DNA from: a virus
Direction: 5' to 3' (one strand)
DNA: 64,000 nt
IMG/VR virus record: IMGVR_UViG_3300032093_000060
Span: 25,793 to 89,792 of that record
A model generated the notes under the pieces. The model was not told the origin of the DNA. It worked only from the letters and a program-made list of their open reading frames with translations, and made no database searches. The stretch's first letter is position 1. Each line of letters starts with the position of its first letter. Shown piece after piece: positions 50,612-59,686 of this stretch. Made by a program: the position numbers and the translations under genes.

Positions 50612-51294
50612 TTTGATAAAGATTTAAGCATTTCAATCATTTTTGGCTGAGGAGAAATATCACTCTTATCTTTACGGTAAGAGTTGTGAGTATATAATCC
50701 AGGAACTGCACTCAGCGCATTCTTGGATACTTCCCACATATCTTTCTCATTATATGTGAGTGGGATATCCCATATCTTATTCCAATAGACTAGTAATTGT
50801 TTTACAGATTCTATTTGAGCATCCGTGTAAGCATGATAATAAAGATGTCCTTTATAAGGTCTATCTAGTTTGCATACTTGATCAATAGGTACTTCTCTAT
50901 TTACATAGTTGTAATACTTTCCATCTTTCAAAGTCAATGGTCCCCAATTGCATATCTCAATTCCTATTGATAATGGGTCAAGAGATTTATATGGCAATCC
51001 ATTTGCACGGAATACATCTGGTTTAATACCTAAATGATATGCCCAATATTTAGATGAGAATGCCTGACAAATTTCTCCATCATATGTATCTTTAGATATA
51101 CCTTTTCCAGATATAGTTACACATGTTGCAATTCTACCCCTATTATCAGTATTCCACATTTTAATTACTCCAGGACCTGATGAATTACCTGCAGTATGAT
51201 GTAAAACAATCTGAAGTTTTTTAATATCAGATTTGATATATTGAGATTCTGATAAAGGAACTTGTTTTATTTTCTTTAAGTCTAAAGAACTCAT
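50608..51294 (-). CDS. Endolysin, N-acetylmuramoyl-L-alanine amidase
   Basis: IVLHHTAG, AYH, SIGIEICN, YTDAQIES, THNS..KDKSD Zn-amidase motifs. Confidence 0.88.
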   Translation of the reverse strand: MSSLDLKKIKQVPLSESQYIKSDIKKLQIVLHHTAGNSSGPGVIKMWNTDNRGRIATCVTISGKGISKDTYDGEICQAFSSKYWAYHLGIKPDVFRANGLPYKSLDPLSIGIEICNWGPLTLKDGKYYNYVNREVPIDQVCKLDRPYKGHLYYHAYTDAQIESVKQLLVYWNKIWDIPLTYNEKDMWEVSKNALSAVPGLYTHNSYRKDKSDISPQPKMIEMLKSLSK

Positions 51295-51599
51295 TTTTTT
51301 TTCTTATTAAATTTTTTAGCATAGAATTTAGCAAGCCATTCTCCTACTCTTTTTAATGCAGAATTTTTAGCATCAACATTAACTACAGTACCTTCTTCTG
51401 TTTTAGTTACATTCACATCAAGTTTCTCACTATCCAATTTGAATTCTTTCTTTTCTTCATCTTTGTGAATTTCAACATCAACTTTTTGAGTATCAACTAC
51501 TACATCAACTTTTTGACCTTCTTTCTTGGCCTTTACATTTACTTTTTTGGTTTTTATTTCCACCTCAAAGTCTTCTACTTTTTTTTCTTTCTTTGACAT
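51291..51599 (-). CDS. Hypothetical protein with K(V/L)DV repeats
   Basis: Coupled ORF in the lysis cassette. Confidence 0.65.
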   Translation of the reverse strand: MSKKEKKVEDFEVEIKTKKVNVKAKKEGQKVDVVVDTQKVDVEIHKDEEKKEFKLDSEKLDVNVTKTEEGTVVNVDAKNSALKRVGEWLAKFYAKKFNKKKK

Positions 51600-51609
51600 T
51601 TTATATTAT

Positions 51610-51843
51610 TTATGGATTTACAATAATTTCAGAATCATCAACTGTTAACTGGGCAGTTGTTGCTACTGTTGCACTTACTGCTGCGATATATGTAGCAGTT
51701 GTTATAATTGCTGCTGGTAATGCTACTGGTGCAGCTATAATTGCTCCTGCAACTGCTCCTGTAATAATAGCCCACCTTTGTACTTTTTTCCAAAACTTTG
51801 GTGTCTTACTATTCCATCTTTCTTTAATTGTTTTCTTTCTCAT
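51610..51843 (-). CDS. Holin-like membrane protein
   Basis: TPKFWKKV followed by two hydrophobic helices; next to the amidase. Confidence 0.65.
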   Translation of the reverse strand: MRKKTIKERWNSKTPKFWKKVQRWAIITGAVAGAIIAAPVALPAAIITTATYIAAVSATVATTAQLTVDDSEIIVNP

Positions 51844-52372
51844 GATTTATTGGTTTTATAGGTTCATCTTTTATATATTTTGATAGTTGTTTGAGTATTG
51901 GAGAATACTCTGTCCATCCTAATCTTTTAAAGTTTTCTAGATTTGACCAGATTAAATTAATAATTACATAGTTATAAAAAGCATAATGCAACCATTCATA
52001 AATATTAAAAGTGAATCCAAAGATAGGTTTTATTTTTATATTAGTTGCCATTGCATGAGATATTCCTATCATTAACATATAAACAAATAATTTAAACCAG
52101 CCTTTTCCAAAGAGTTCAGAATCAAATTTTTTACCTTCTTTCTTAGAAGCTTTAAGTCCTGTATAGAATTCAAGTCCAAAAAGAAGTACAATCCCAATAC
52201 CTACTGGCAGTACTATTCCAAACACTGTGTTAAAATAATAAGCAATAGCTGCAAAAATAGCACTTACACCTGTACAAGTTCCAGCCATTTGAGGATGAAA
52301 TGCACTTGTTAGAAAATGATCCATATCTCTGTATCCTACTGAAATTACCAATTTTGTAAGTGTTGTTTTCAT
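51824..52372 (-). CDS. Holin-like multi-TM protein
   Basis: TG.KAS.KEG..F.S..F.KG..K and SNLENF motifs typical of phage holin_4-like proteins. Confidence 0.65.
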   Translation of the reverse strand: MKTTLTKLVISVGYRDMDHFLTSAFHPQMAGTCTGVSAIFAAIAYYFNTVFGIVLPVGIGIVLLFGLEFYTGLKASKKEGKKFDSELFGKGWFKLFVYMLMIGISHAMATNIKIKPIFGFTFNIYEWLHYAFYNYVIINLIWSNLENFKRLGWTEYSPILKQLSKYIKDEPIKPINHEKENN

Positions 52373-52384
52373 TTCCTACCAATA

Positions 52385-52933
52385 TCAATATATTTTATTT
52401 AATGTAAAGATATCTGAGTAAATAGAATTAAGTGGTGATGTACTACTAAACTCTGCTGTAACATCTAATGTATTTGATGTTGTTGTATCAAAGGTTGTAT
52501 TGTTTACTGTATTAAAACCAAATCCTTCTGATGTTCCATTAGATTGTTTTATACTTAAAAAATTAGCAAGTGTAACAATTGAAGCTACTCCTGCAGCACC
52601 AACGGCTCTAATAGTAAAGTCCAATGATAAAGACCAAACAGCATTTGTAGTAGCAGGTAAGGTTTGTGCTCCACTATCAGCTAATATTATAGATCCTGTT
52701 TTAATTCTGATTCTAATTGTATCACCATTTTTTGCTGACAGTAAACCACCAAAGTCTCCTCTGAAAGTATCTCCAACTGAAAATCCATTTGCTGGAACTG
52801 TTAAGCTACCTACTCCACCATCAATTAAAGTTAACTCAGCTGTTGTACCAGTAATTACTGGACTATTTCCCAACTGTGCAAATAAACCATAGTTAGTAGC
52901 TGCAGGTCCACGCAAATAAATTTCAGTGCTCAT
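52385..52933 (-). CDS. Structural / fibre-associated beta protein
   Basis: T/G/S-rich beta-strand composition; adjacent to the fibre gene. Confidence 0.5.
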   Translation of the reverse strand: MSTEIYLRGPAATNYGLFAQLGNSPVITGTTAELTLIDGGVGSLTVPANGFSVGDTFRGDFGGLLSAKNGDTIRIRIKTGSIILADSGAQTLPATTNAVWSLSLDFTIRAVGAAGVASIVTLANFLSIKQSNGTSEGFGFNTVNNTTFDTTTSNTLDVTAEFSSTSPLNSIYSDIFTLNKIY

Positions 52934-52936
52934 TAT

Positions 52937-53284
52937 TTATGATAACCAAGTGATTAAAAATGTTGTACCTGTTGCATCATAGTTTACACCATTGATGGTA
53001 TTATTTAAAGTTCCTGGATCAAAATTAACTGTTGTTCCTGCAGGAATTGGTTGTCCATCCATTATACCAGGAGCTGATCCAACATTTGCTATAGAAAATC
53101 CATAAGAAGGTGGTATACTTCCAGAACCTGCAGTACTTAATATATTAGCACTTCTTGTTTGAGGACCAAAGTATTGAGCTATACCAGTATATATATTATC
53201 TAATCCTTTTAAAACTCTAAACTGCCATGGCCAGTTATTTCCTTGTAGACCACTATTTTTTAAGTCTCCTATACTATTTGACAT
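52937..53284 (-). CDS. Structural protein (hypothetical)
   Basis: Packed ORF with beta-rich C-terminus. Confidence 0.55.
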   Translation of the reverse strand: MSNSIGDLKNSGLQGNNWPWQFRVLKGLDNIYTGIAQYFGPQTRSANILSTAGSGSIPPSYGFSIANVGSAPGIMDGQPIPAGTTVNFDPGTLNNTINGVNYDATGTTFLITWLS

Positions 53285-53304
53285 GACTTTAAATATTAAT
53301 TAAT

Positions 53305-53556
53305 TTATATACTTCCTGGTCTTACAATCTGAACATTAAATTCTAGTTCAGGAGTTTCTCGGTCATCAATAACTACAAAAGCTCCTACAGGAACACCATC
53401 TTCATATGCAGCTTGAACAGAATCATAAATTCCTGCATTTAATAACATTCTTAAAAGATTAGTTAGTTCTACTGCTTTTGAATCATTGTTCTCAACAAAA
53501 AGTTTATTTATTGTATAAACTTGAGCTGAAATATTATCTATCGTTAGTATTTCCAT
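53305..53556 (-). CDS. Hypothetical protein
   Basis: YDSVQAAYEDGVPVGAF resembles the neighbour's YANNAAAIAAGLTKGDF. Confidence 0.6.
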   Translation of the reverse strand: MEILTIDNISAQVYTINKLFVENNDSKAVELTNLLRMLLNAGIYDSVQAAYEDGVPVGAFVVIDDRETPELEFNVQIVRPGSI

Positions 53557-53563
53557 GATATTT

Positions 53564-53812
53564 TTAATTTACAATTTTAACAATTAAATCTGTACCAGAT
53601 ACTGTTACATAAAAATCTCCTTTTGTTAAACCAGCAGCTATAGCAGCTGCATTGTTTGCATACTGTCTTGCAGCAAATTTTACTCCGGCATCTTTTAGAA
53701 ATTTATCAGCAGATCTGTTTTGATATTGCCACATTTGTGTAAGTGGAGATCCATACTCCGGCATTACACTCTGTGCATTATCTACATTTTCGTATTCAGG
53801 TAGTGCTCCCAT
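53564..53812 (-). CDS. Small fibre-type protein
   Basis: YANNAAAIAAGL..GDFY motif common at phage fibre ends. Confidence 0.6.
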   Translation of the reverse strand: MGALPEYENVDNAQSVMPEYGSPLTQMWQYQNRSADKFLKDAGVKFAARQYANNAAAIAAGLTKGDFYVTVSGTDLIVKIVN

Positions 53813-53830
53813 GATTATATTATTTGGTTA

Positions 53831-56242
53831 TTATACGGTTAATAAAAGTTTATATGCTACACCATTTATAGTTACTGGCAAGTAATGTGTTTGTGTTTCA
53901 GTAGAAAGTACAACTGGACCTACTGGAGTTGCTAAACTACCAATTACAAGTTGTCCACTTCCGGTAGCTGTAGCACCTTGTCCAATTACAATACAGTTAT
54001 TAAATGCACCAGTATCAGTATCAGAACCAATTGCTGTGTTATTAGATCCTGTTGCAGAAGCCATTGATCTACCTCCAATTGCAGTATTCTTTAAACCTGT
54101 AATATTATTAGCTAATGTATTATATCCTAAAGATGTGTTATTGGCTCCAGTTGTCATATTTTGACCTGCCAAATGTCCAACGCTTGTGTTGTTATTTCCA
54201 GTTGTAAGATTTTGGTAACTTGCATTACCAATTACAATATTATATGATCCACTTAATGATGCTGAATTTAATACTGAACCTGAACCCATAGCTACGTTAT
54301 TACTACCTGTTGCACTACCAGATAAGGTTTGATAACCAAATGCTGTATTATTTGAACCAGTATTATTATTACTTAAAGCAAAAGTTCCTACAGCAGTATT
54401 ATAACCACCATTGGTAGTACTTCTTAAGGCATATCTACCCATAGCAACATTGGATGTGCCAGTCGAAAGAGTTCCTAAAGCACCTTCACCAAAAGCTGAA
54501 TTATTAGTTCCAGTTGAAACAAATGCTAATGCACTCTGTCCAAAAGCTGAATTACTAGTTCCACTTGATATATTTGATAATGCACCCTCTCCAAACTGTG
54601 TATTACTTGAAATATTACCCGTCCCATTACACCATACAGTTCTATTACTATTATCATATTCAAACTGCGGTGGTAAACTGTAGTTAGGTACATTTAAAGT
54701 TGAACCTACTAAAGTTGCAACACCAGTTGTACCAGTTGTAGTTAGAGTTGCAATACCTGATGGACCAGCTGGACCTTGAGGACCAATTGGACCAGTTGCA
54801 CCCGCAGGTCCTACGGGACCTACAAGACCTTGTGGTCCTACTGCACCAGGTGCACCAGTTGCTCCTGTTGCCCCAGCAGCTCCGGCAGGACCTGTTGCTC
54901 CTACAGCAGCTAATAGTGCCCAATTTCCTGGATCAGATGGAGGATCTAAAAAAGATGGACCTGCACCTGCAGGATTATAACAGAAATAAGATGCTCCACC
55001 AAAAGAAACAGCATCATTTTGTGCATAAGTTGCGGATGGATCCCAAAGTCCTTGCCAAGTTAATCCTGCAGGTCCGATTGGACCCTGTGGACCCGTTGCT
55101 CCTGTAGGACCTTGTGGGCCAGTAGCACCTGTCGCGCCACTAGCTCCAGTAGCACCAACAGGACCGGTAGCACCAACAGGTCCAGCAATTCCTTGTAGTC
55201 CTGTAGCTCCGGCTGCTCCAGCTGGTCCTGCTGGACCTGTAGCACCTATTGATGTTAATAATGCCCAGTTACCTGGATCTGAAGCTGGGTCACTTGCAGA
55301 TGTTACACCTGCAGGATTTGTACAAAAATATGTAGAACCTCCAAATGCTACTGCATCATTTAATGCATATGTAGCCATAGAAACCCAGTTACCTTGCCAG
55401 TTTAAACCTGCTGGTCCTACTGGTCCTTGAGGCCCTTGAGCACCTGTTGCCCCTTGAGGTCCCGCAACTCCTTGAATTCCTTGAGGTCCGGCAGGTCCTG
55501 TTAATCCAATTGGACCTTGTAAACCTGTAGCTCCTGTTGGACCGACTGGACCCGCAGAGCCTGTGGCACCTGTAATACCCTGAATACCTTGAGCTCCTGT
55601 AAGACCAATAGGTCCTTGAGGGCCAGTTAAACCTATAGGTCCTTGTATACCTTGATTTCCTTGTGGACCTTGTGCACCTTGAGATGCAAGTAAAGCCCAA
55701 TTAGTAGAATCTAAATCAGGAGTTAATGTTCCTGCTGTTGCATTAATACAAAAATATGATGCTCCACCATAAGCTACTGCATCATCAACCACATATGATC
55801 CACCAGATACCCATGAACCTTGCCAATTTAATCCAGCTGGACCAACAGCACCTGCTGGGCCTTGGATTCCTTGAGGACCTGCAACCCCTTGGACTCCTGA
55901 TGCTCCCGTTGCTCCAGTTAATCCTTGAGATCCTATTAATCCTTGAGGTCCTTGAAGTCCTTGCGCACCCTGTGGACCAACAGGTCCCTGTGCTCCATTA
56001 GCTCCCTGAACTCCAGTTATACCTTGGATACCTTGTGCTCCTTGAGGTCCAACGGGTCCTTGTGGACCAACTTGACCTTGACCAACTTGAGTTAAAAAAT
56101 TTTGAACAGATATGCCTGCAGCTAAAAAATCATCATCTCTTTGATCATCTTTAATACCGATTGGTATTAAGGTTTTAGTAGGATCAACAGAAGTTACTAC
56201 ACGTCTACTTCGTAACCAGTATATAAAATTTAAAATGTCCAT
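53831..56242 (-). CDS. Collagen-like fibre protein with three CBM5/12-like modules and YadA-head-like repeats
   Basis: Long (Gly-X-Y)n runs; three copies of L.WQG.W.....Y..DAV..GG..YFC...NWALL; C-terminal N.A.G..AL repeats. Confidence 0.85.
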   Translation of the reverse strand: MDILNFIYWLRSRRVVTSVDPTKTLIPIGIKDDQRDDDFLAAGISVQNFLTQVGQGQVGPQGPVGPQGAQGIQGITGVQGANGAQGPVGPQGAQGLQGPQGLIGSQGLTGATGASGVQGVAGPQGIQGPAGAVGPAGLNWQGSWVSGGSYVVDDAVAYGGASYFCINATAGTLTPDLDSTNWALLASQGAQGPQGNQGIQGPIGLTGPQGPIGLTGAQGIQGITGATGSAGPVGPTGATGLQGPIGLTGPAGPQGIQGVAGPQGATGAQGPQGPVGPAGLNWQGNWVSMATYALNDAVAFGGSTYFCTNPAGVTSASDPASDPGNWALLTSIGATGPAGPAGAAGATGLQGIAGPVGATGPVGATGASGATGATGPQGPTGATGPQGPIGPAGLTWQGLWDPSATYAQNDAVSFGGASYFCYNPAGAGPSFLDPPSDPGNWALLAAVGATGPAGAAGATGATGAPGAVGPQGLVGPVGPAGATGPIGPQGPAGPSGIATLTTTGTTGVATLVGSTLNVPNYSLPPQFEYDNSNRTVWCNGTGNISSNTQFGEGALSNISSGTSNSAFGQSALAFVSTGTNNSAFGEGALGTLSTGTSNVAMGRYALRSTTNGGYNTAVGTFALSNNNTGSNNTAFGYQTLSGSATGSNNVAMGSGSVLNSASLSGSYNIVIGNASYQNLTTGNNNTSVGHLAGQNMTTGANNTSLGYNTLANNITGLKNTAIGGRSMASATGSNNTAIGSDTDTGAFNNCIVIGQGATATGSGQLVIGSLATPVGPVVLSTETQTHYLPVTINGVAYKLLLTV

Positions 56243-56311
56243 GGTATTTTTTGATTAGTTAAATATACTATAATATACAAAAAATAATTTAGATAACAAA
56301 CTATTCAAAAC

Positions 56312-56342
56312 AAAAAAATCCCCAGTTTTGCAACCGGGGATC
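56312..56342 (-). terminator. Rho-independent terminator
   Basis: ATCCCCGGTT GCAA AACTGGGGAT plus U tract on the minus strand. Confidence 0.8.
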
Positions 56343-56381
56343 ATTTTGCTGTATTGCTAGAAACAAGGAAAGAAACACAGA

Positions 56382-56573
56382 CTATAGTAGTAAGCCGATT
56401 GTTAGTGCAAGAGCTAACATAACTGTAATACAAATATTTGCAAGTTTAAAATCATCTTCATTAATAACATACTGCTGTGATATTTTATCATACACAGGCT
56501 TATATAAGATGTGTGCTATTGCCCAAAACATGGCAATAACAACGAACATAATTATAATTGCAATTATTTTCAT
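56382..56573 (-). CDS. Small two-TM membrane protein
   Basis: Two hydrophobic helices. Confidence 0.65.
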   Translation of the reverse strand: MKIIAIIIMFVVIAMFWAIAHILYKPVYDKISQQYVINEDDFKLANICITVMLALALTIGLLL

Positions 56574-56576
56574 GAC

Positions 56577-56885
56577 TTATAATTTATCAATCCTTCTTTG
56601 TAAATATACTAAAGCTTTTTGTAAATCTTCTTTTTTGTTAGAAGTTTTTTTACCAGCTCGCGCTAAGTACTTCATAACATTGCCTAGATAAAAGTCTTTA
56701 TCTAGTTCCCAGGCTTCTAGTACATTAAATACTTCATAAGTATTTCCGGCCCCACCATAATACTTAGGTCTGTTATAATCCAATATTCTATCATCAATAG
56801 GTTTTTCAATAGAATTTATTGTATTATACTTTCTGTACATTTGGGTATTGTACAAGTTTTCTGACTCTTCTGTATAATTTACCAT
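56577..56885 (-). CDS. DUF3310 (SaV-like) protein
   Basis: NRPKYY...FYLGNVMKYLARAGKK...EDLQKA..YL. Confidence 0.85.
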   Translation of the reverse strand: MVNYTEESENLYNTQMYRKYNTINSIEKPIDDRILDYNRPKYYGGAGNTYEVFNVLEAWELDKDFYLGNVMKYLARAGKKTSNKKEDLQKALVYLQRRIDKL

Positions 56886-57157
56886 ACTATTGCTATAGAA
56901 TTATCTGGAACAAGTATTTTTATTTTTCCATCGATCTCTATTTTTTCTCCAGTTTCTAAAGCATATGATTGAATATAAACTTTATCACCTGCTTTTAAAT
57001 CAGCTACTTCATCACCTACGGCAAAGATTTCAAGCTTTTGCCATTTCTTCATTGCTTCTTGCATGATTGCTTCTTCATCTTTAGCAGATAATTCAACCGG
57101 TGATTTTTTAATTTCTGGTATTGTTACCAAAATTCTTTTTCCTCTTAGACTTTTCAT
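56879..57157 (-). CDS. GroES-like co-chaperonin
   Basis: LRGKRILV...AVGDEV..LKAGDKV...IEIDG...SIAIV GroES pattern. Confidence 0.7.
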   Translation of the reverse strand: MKSLRGKRILVTIPEIKKSPVELSAKDEEAIMQEAMKKWQKLEIFAVGDEVADLKAGDKVYIQSYALETGEKIEIDGKIKILVPDNSIAIVW

Positions 57158-57174
57158 TATATTGGTTTTATTTA

Positions 57175-57387
57175 TTACGCATCATATTTTTGACCTATTG
57201 TAATTACAGGTGTAGATACAGAGGTTTCTTTTTTTTCTGGTTTAATTTCTGTATCTGATAGTAAAGATAACTTAATTTGTTCTATTAAACCTACTAAGCC
57301 AAAATTACCATAAGCTTTTTCATTTATGTGGATTTCCATTCCTTCTTCAGTTTCTACTATAGAAAGCATTATTGATTTTTCTGTCAT
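57175..57387 (-). CDS. Hypothetical protein
   Basis: Probable start MTEKSIML at 57387, 3 nt after a TACATTTG promoter element; LVGLIEQIKL.LL motif. Confidence 0.6.
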   Translation of the reverse strand: MTEKSIMLSIVETEEGMEIHINEKAYGNFGLVGLIEQIKLSLLSDTEIKPEKKETSVSTPVITIGQKYDA

Positions 57388-57403
57388 ATGCAAATGTAAT
57401 AAA

Positions 57404-58036
57404 TTATTCGTTATCATAGAACATTCTTTCTGAATCTTCTGTACTCCACTTCTCAAATCCCTCACAATTATAGTAATCTTTGTTTACCAAATAATCTGGT
57501 TTTTCAGGGAATGGTTTAGTAACAAAGCTAGGCTCAGACCATTTGATTCTATTATTTGGTTGCAAAGCTATCTGCCCATTGTCAAGTAAAATAATGTGAT
57601 GACTCTTATGCTCTAATGGATCTTCAGCTAAAGATATGTCAGTGTTAATATCTCCACTACCCCAGTTTATTGTAGCATAATATTTACCAGGATAAAACTT
57701 TCTATCCTTCATATAAACTTCTACAGGAGTATCATAAAGATATGATAGATGTATTATTGTAAAGTTATATGAGAAGCAGTTCCATATCTGTAAATAATGA
57801 AAGGGTAGATCTGGTTCTGGTAATTCTGGTTCTGTCAGTAATGCATGACTTGGTAGTTTATCTCTAAGTACTCCATTCTCTAACAGTACTTGGAACAATG
57901 CAGCTTGTCCCGGTAGACATCTTACAGATATAATTACCCCCGGGGTAAATTCTCCATGACCCTTTTCTCCTTGGTACATGTACTCATTCCTAACAAATAC
58001 TTTGAGAGGAAAAAAGTTGTGTTCAATATATGCCAT
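57404..58036 (-). CDS. Conserved phage protein of unknown function
   Basis: VRNEY...HGEF...LENG..RDKLP...QIWNCFSY...EHK..HII.LDNGQIALQPNNR motif series recurrent in aquatic phages. Confidence 0.75.
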   Translation of the reverse strand: MAYIEHNFFPLKVFVRNEYMYQGEKGHGEFTPGVIISVRCLPGQAALFQVLLENGVLRDKLPSHALLTEPELPEPDLPFHYLQIWNCFSYNFTIIHLSYLYDTPVEVYMKDRKFYPGKYYATINWGSGDINTDISLAEDPLEHKSHHIILLDNGQIALQPNNRIKWSEPSFVTKPFPEKPDYLVNKDYYNCEGFEKWSTEDSERMFYDNE

Positions 58037-58479
58037 TATTTTTTAAAGAAGTTTTTCTTTGGTTGTTCTTTAGAGCTAAAACCCAGCTTTTCAATTATCT
58101 TGTTTGCTTCGTCTTCTGCAAAGGTAATAACTTCTTCTTCTTTATCCTTGATATTCCAATTATTTAGTAAAATGCTCATGTGCACAGTTTCATGCATAAT
58201 AGCTGTAGCTTTCTCTGTAAGACTATACTTCTTAAAAGTACCCATATTCAAAAACAAGAAAGGTTTGTAGGGAGCTTTAGCTGTAAGTTTTTTATCAGCG
58301 GGATCATAGTTAGTAAGACCATAGATGTAAACTCCATTACCTTTAGTCTTATCTACTTCTTCAGCCTGAGCATCTGCTCTACTTAAGCCATGCATTTCCG
58401 GAACCTTGTAATAGTCAAATATCTCGGTAGCATCATTACCAATAAGTAAGATATACTTACCCATGTCAAACTTCTTCAT
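58036..58479 (-). CDS. HExxH metallopeptidase-like protein
   Basis: IMHETVH followed by EE. Confidence 0.6.
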   Translation of the reverse strand: MKKFDMGKYILLIGNDATEIFDYYKVPEMHGLSRADAQAEEVDKTKGNGVYIYGLTNYDPADKKLTAKAPYKPFLFLNMGTFKKYSLTEKATAIMHETVHMSILLNNWNIKDKEEEVITFAEDEANKIIEKLGFSSKEQPKKNFFKK

Positions 58480-58494
58480 ATACTAATATACAAA

Positions 58495-58626
58495 TTATTT
58501 ACCAAACTCTGTATTACCATAAGCATCACATTTCTGAGAGGACTTGCACCCAGTCATGAAATACCCTATAGCAACTCCTATACATACAGCAAATATATAC
58601 AGGCAAAATAGTTTCCACTTATCCAT
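58495..58626 (-). CDS. Small lipoprotein (43 aa, not in the ORF track)
   Basis: MDKWKLFCLYIFAVCIGVAIGYFMTGC-KSSQKCDAY: hydrophobic signal plus lipobox-like MTGC; TATATTTG 4 nt upstream. Confidence 0.65.
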   Translation of the reverse strand: MDKWKLFCLYIFAVCIGVAIGYFMTGCKSSQKCDAYGNTEFGK

Positions 58627-58643
58627 AGAACAAATATAATAAA

Positions 58644-58680
58644 ATAACAAAGGCCCGGGCTTTCAACTCCAGACCTTTGT
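58644..58680 (-). terminator. Terminator-like hairpin
   Basis: ACAAAGGTCTGG...CCGGGCCTTTGT followed by TATTTT on the minus strand. Confidence 0.6.
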
Positions 58681-58722
58681 GCTATGTATTAACCCCTTAA
58701 TATAGCTTCACAAATATATAAA

Positions 58723-59601
58723 TTAAATTGGGAAAGATCTACTATCCACTTTTTTTTCTATATAATTTTTATCATTTTCATCAACTGAGTCTTTTACAGA
58801 AAAAGTAATTATTCTACCACCTAATGGTTTTGGAGGAGCACCCCTCTCTATATGCCAACCATGTGATCCTTCACCATACTCTTCTTTGTATGTCCCAGTA
58901 ATGCAATGATGAATCTGTCTTTGTTGAATCTTGTATTTACCATTATGGTTTAATAAACTTTCTCTAACATCATTACGAGAAGAGTTCTCATGTATGTGAC
59001 CCATGGTAAACAAATCCATATCCTCATACATCTCTAAAGCACGAGTAAGATTCAAAGCACCTTTAGTCACAATACCTCCACCGCCAGAACCATGATAGTA
59101 CTTATGCTTAAATGAAGCTGTTGAGTTTTTTCTATAGTGCATAGTATAAACTATCCAACCACCATACCCGCCAATTTGCATATTAGTATTATACTTAAGG
59201 TTCATCATCTCAACAAACCTCTTAAGTAGATCAGTCTCCTGATACTTAATTATCCCGGTCTCATGATTACCATAACCAATAACCTTGATAATATCGGCAT
59301 ATGGTTTAAACCACTCTACCGCAGTCTCTACAATTGAATCTAAGTAAAATGCATTATTATGTTCCGGGAGTATATCTGACTTATTCCTTCTATTATCCCC
59401 CCTCCCTTGCATAAGACAGAATAGATCCCCTACAATAACAACAGGTAGACTATTCTCCTTACAGTAATTAAGATGTTTCTTTAAAAGCTTTCTATCACAA
59501 TGTGGATTATCCCAGTGTATGTCTGACAACACAGCAACCTCTGCTGTCTTTCCAGTAAGACTTATACTATGTATATTCTTACTAATCTTCTTAACCTCCA
59601 T
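58723..59601 (-). CDS. Calcineurin-like metallophosphoesterase
   Basis: SDIH, GDLF, GNHE, HG, GHIH motifs. Confidence 0.88.
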   Translation of the reverse strand: MEVKKISKNIHSISLTGKTAEVAVLSDIHWDNPHCDRKLLKKHLNYCKENSLPVVIVGDLFCLMQGRGDNRRNKSDILPEHNNAFYLDSIVETAVEWFKPYADIIKVIGYGNHETGIIKYQETDLLKRFVEMMNLKYNTNMQIGGYGGWIVYTMHYRKNSTASFKHKYYHGSGGGGIVTKGALNLTRALEMYEDMDLFTMGHIHENSSRNDVRESLLNHNGKYKIQQRQIHHCITGTYKEEYGEGSHGWHIERGAPPKPLGGRIITFSVKDSVDENDKNYIEKKVDSRSFPI

Positions 59602-59625
59602 GTATCTGGTTTAGTGGGTTACATT

Positions 59626-59656
59626 ATAATATACAAAAATTTTTCTTGGCACCAAA
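59626..59656 (-). promoter_or_regulatory. Bacteroidota sigma70-type promoter of the late arm (TTTG-N19-TATATTAT)
   Basis: Same architecture at 56270-56300, 33127-33158 and 25742-25773; perfect TAnnTTTG at 50355, 57391, 58631 and 58711. Confidence 0.65.
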
Positions 59657-59686
59657 ATTATTTCATATTAGAGGAGGAGATGGATC

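Noticed and set aside
53831-56242. Diversity-generating retroelement repeats in the fibre gene
   Set aside because: Repeats are protein-level collagen/CBM duplications without adenine-specific differences; no reverse transcriptase in the window
1214-58386. Numerous short plus-strand and alternate-frame ORFs in the ORF track
   Set aside because: They lie antisense to or inside well-supported minus-strand genes (for example the MEQVMV repeat ORF is the off-frame reading of the 18-bp repeat)
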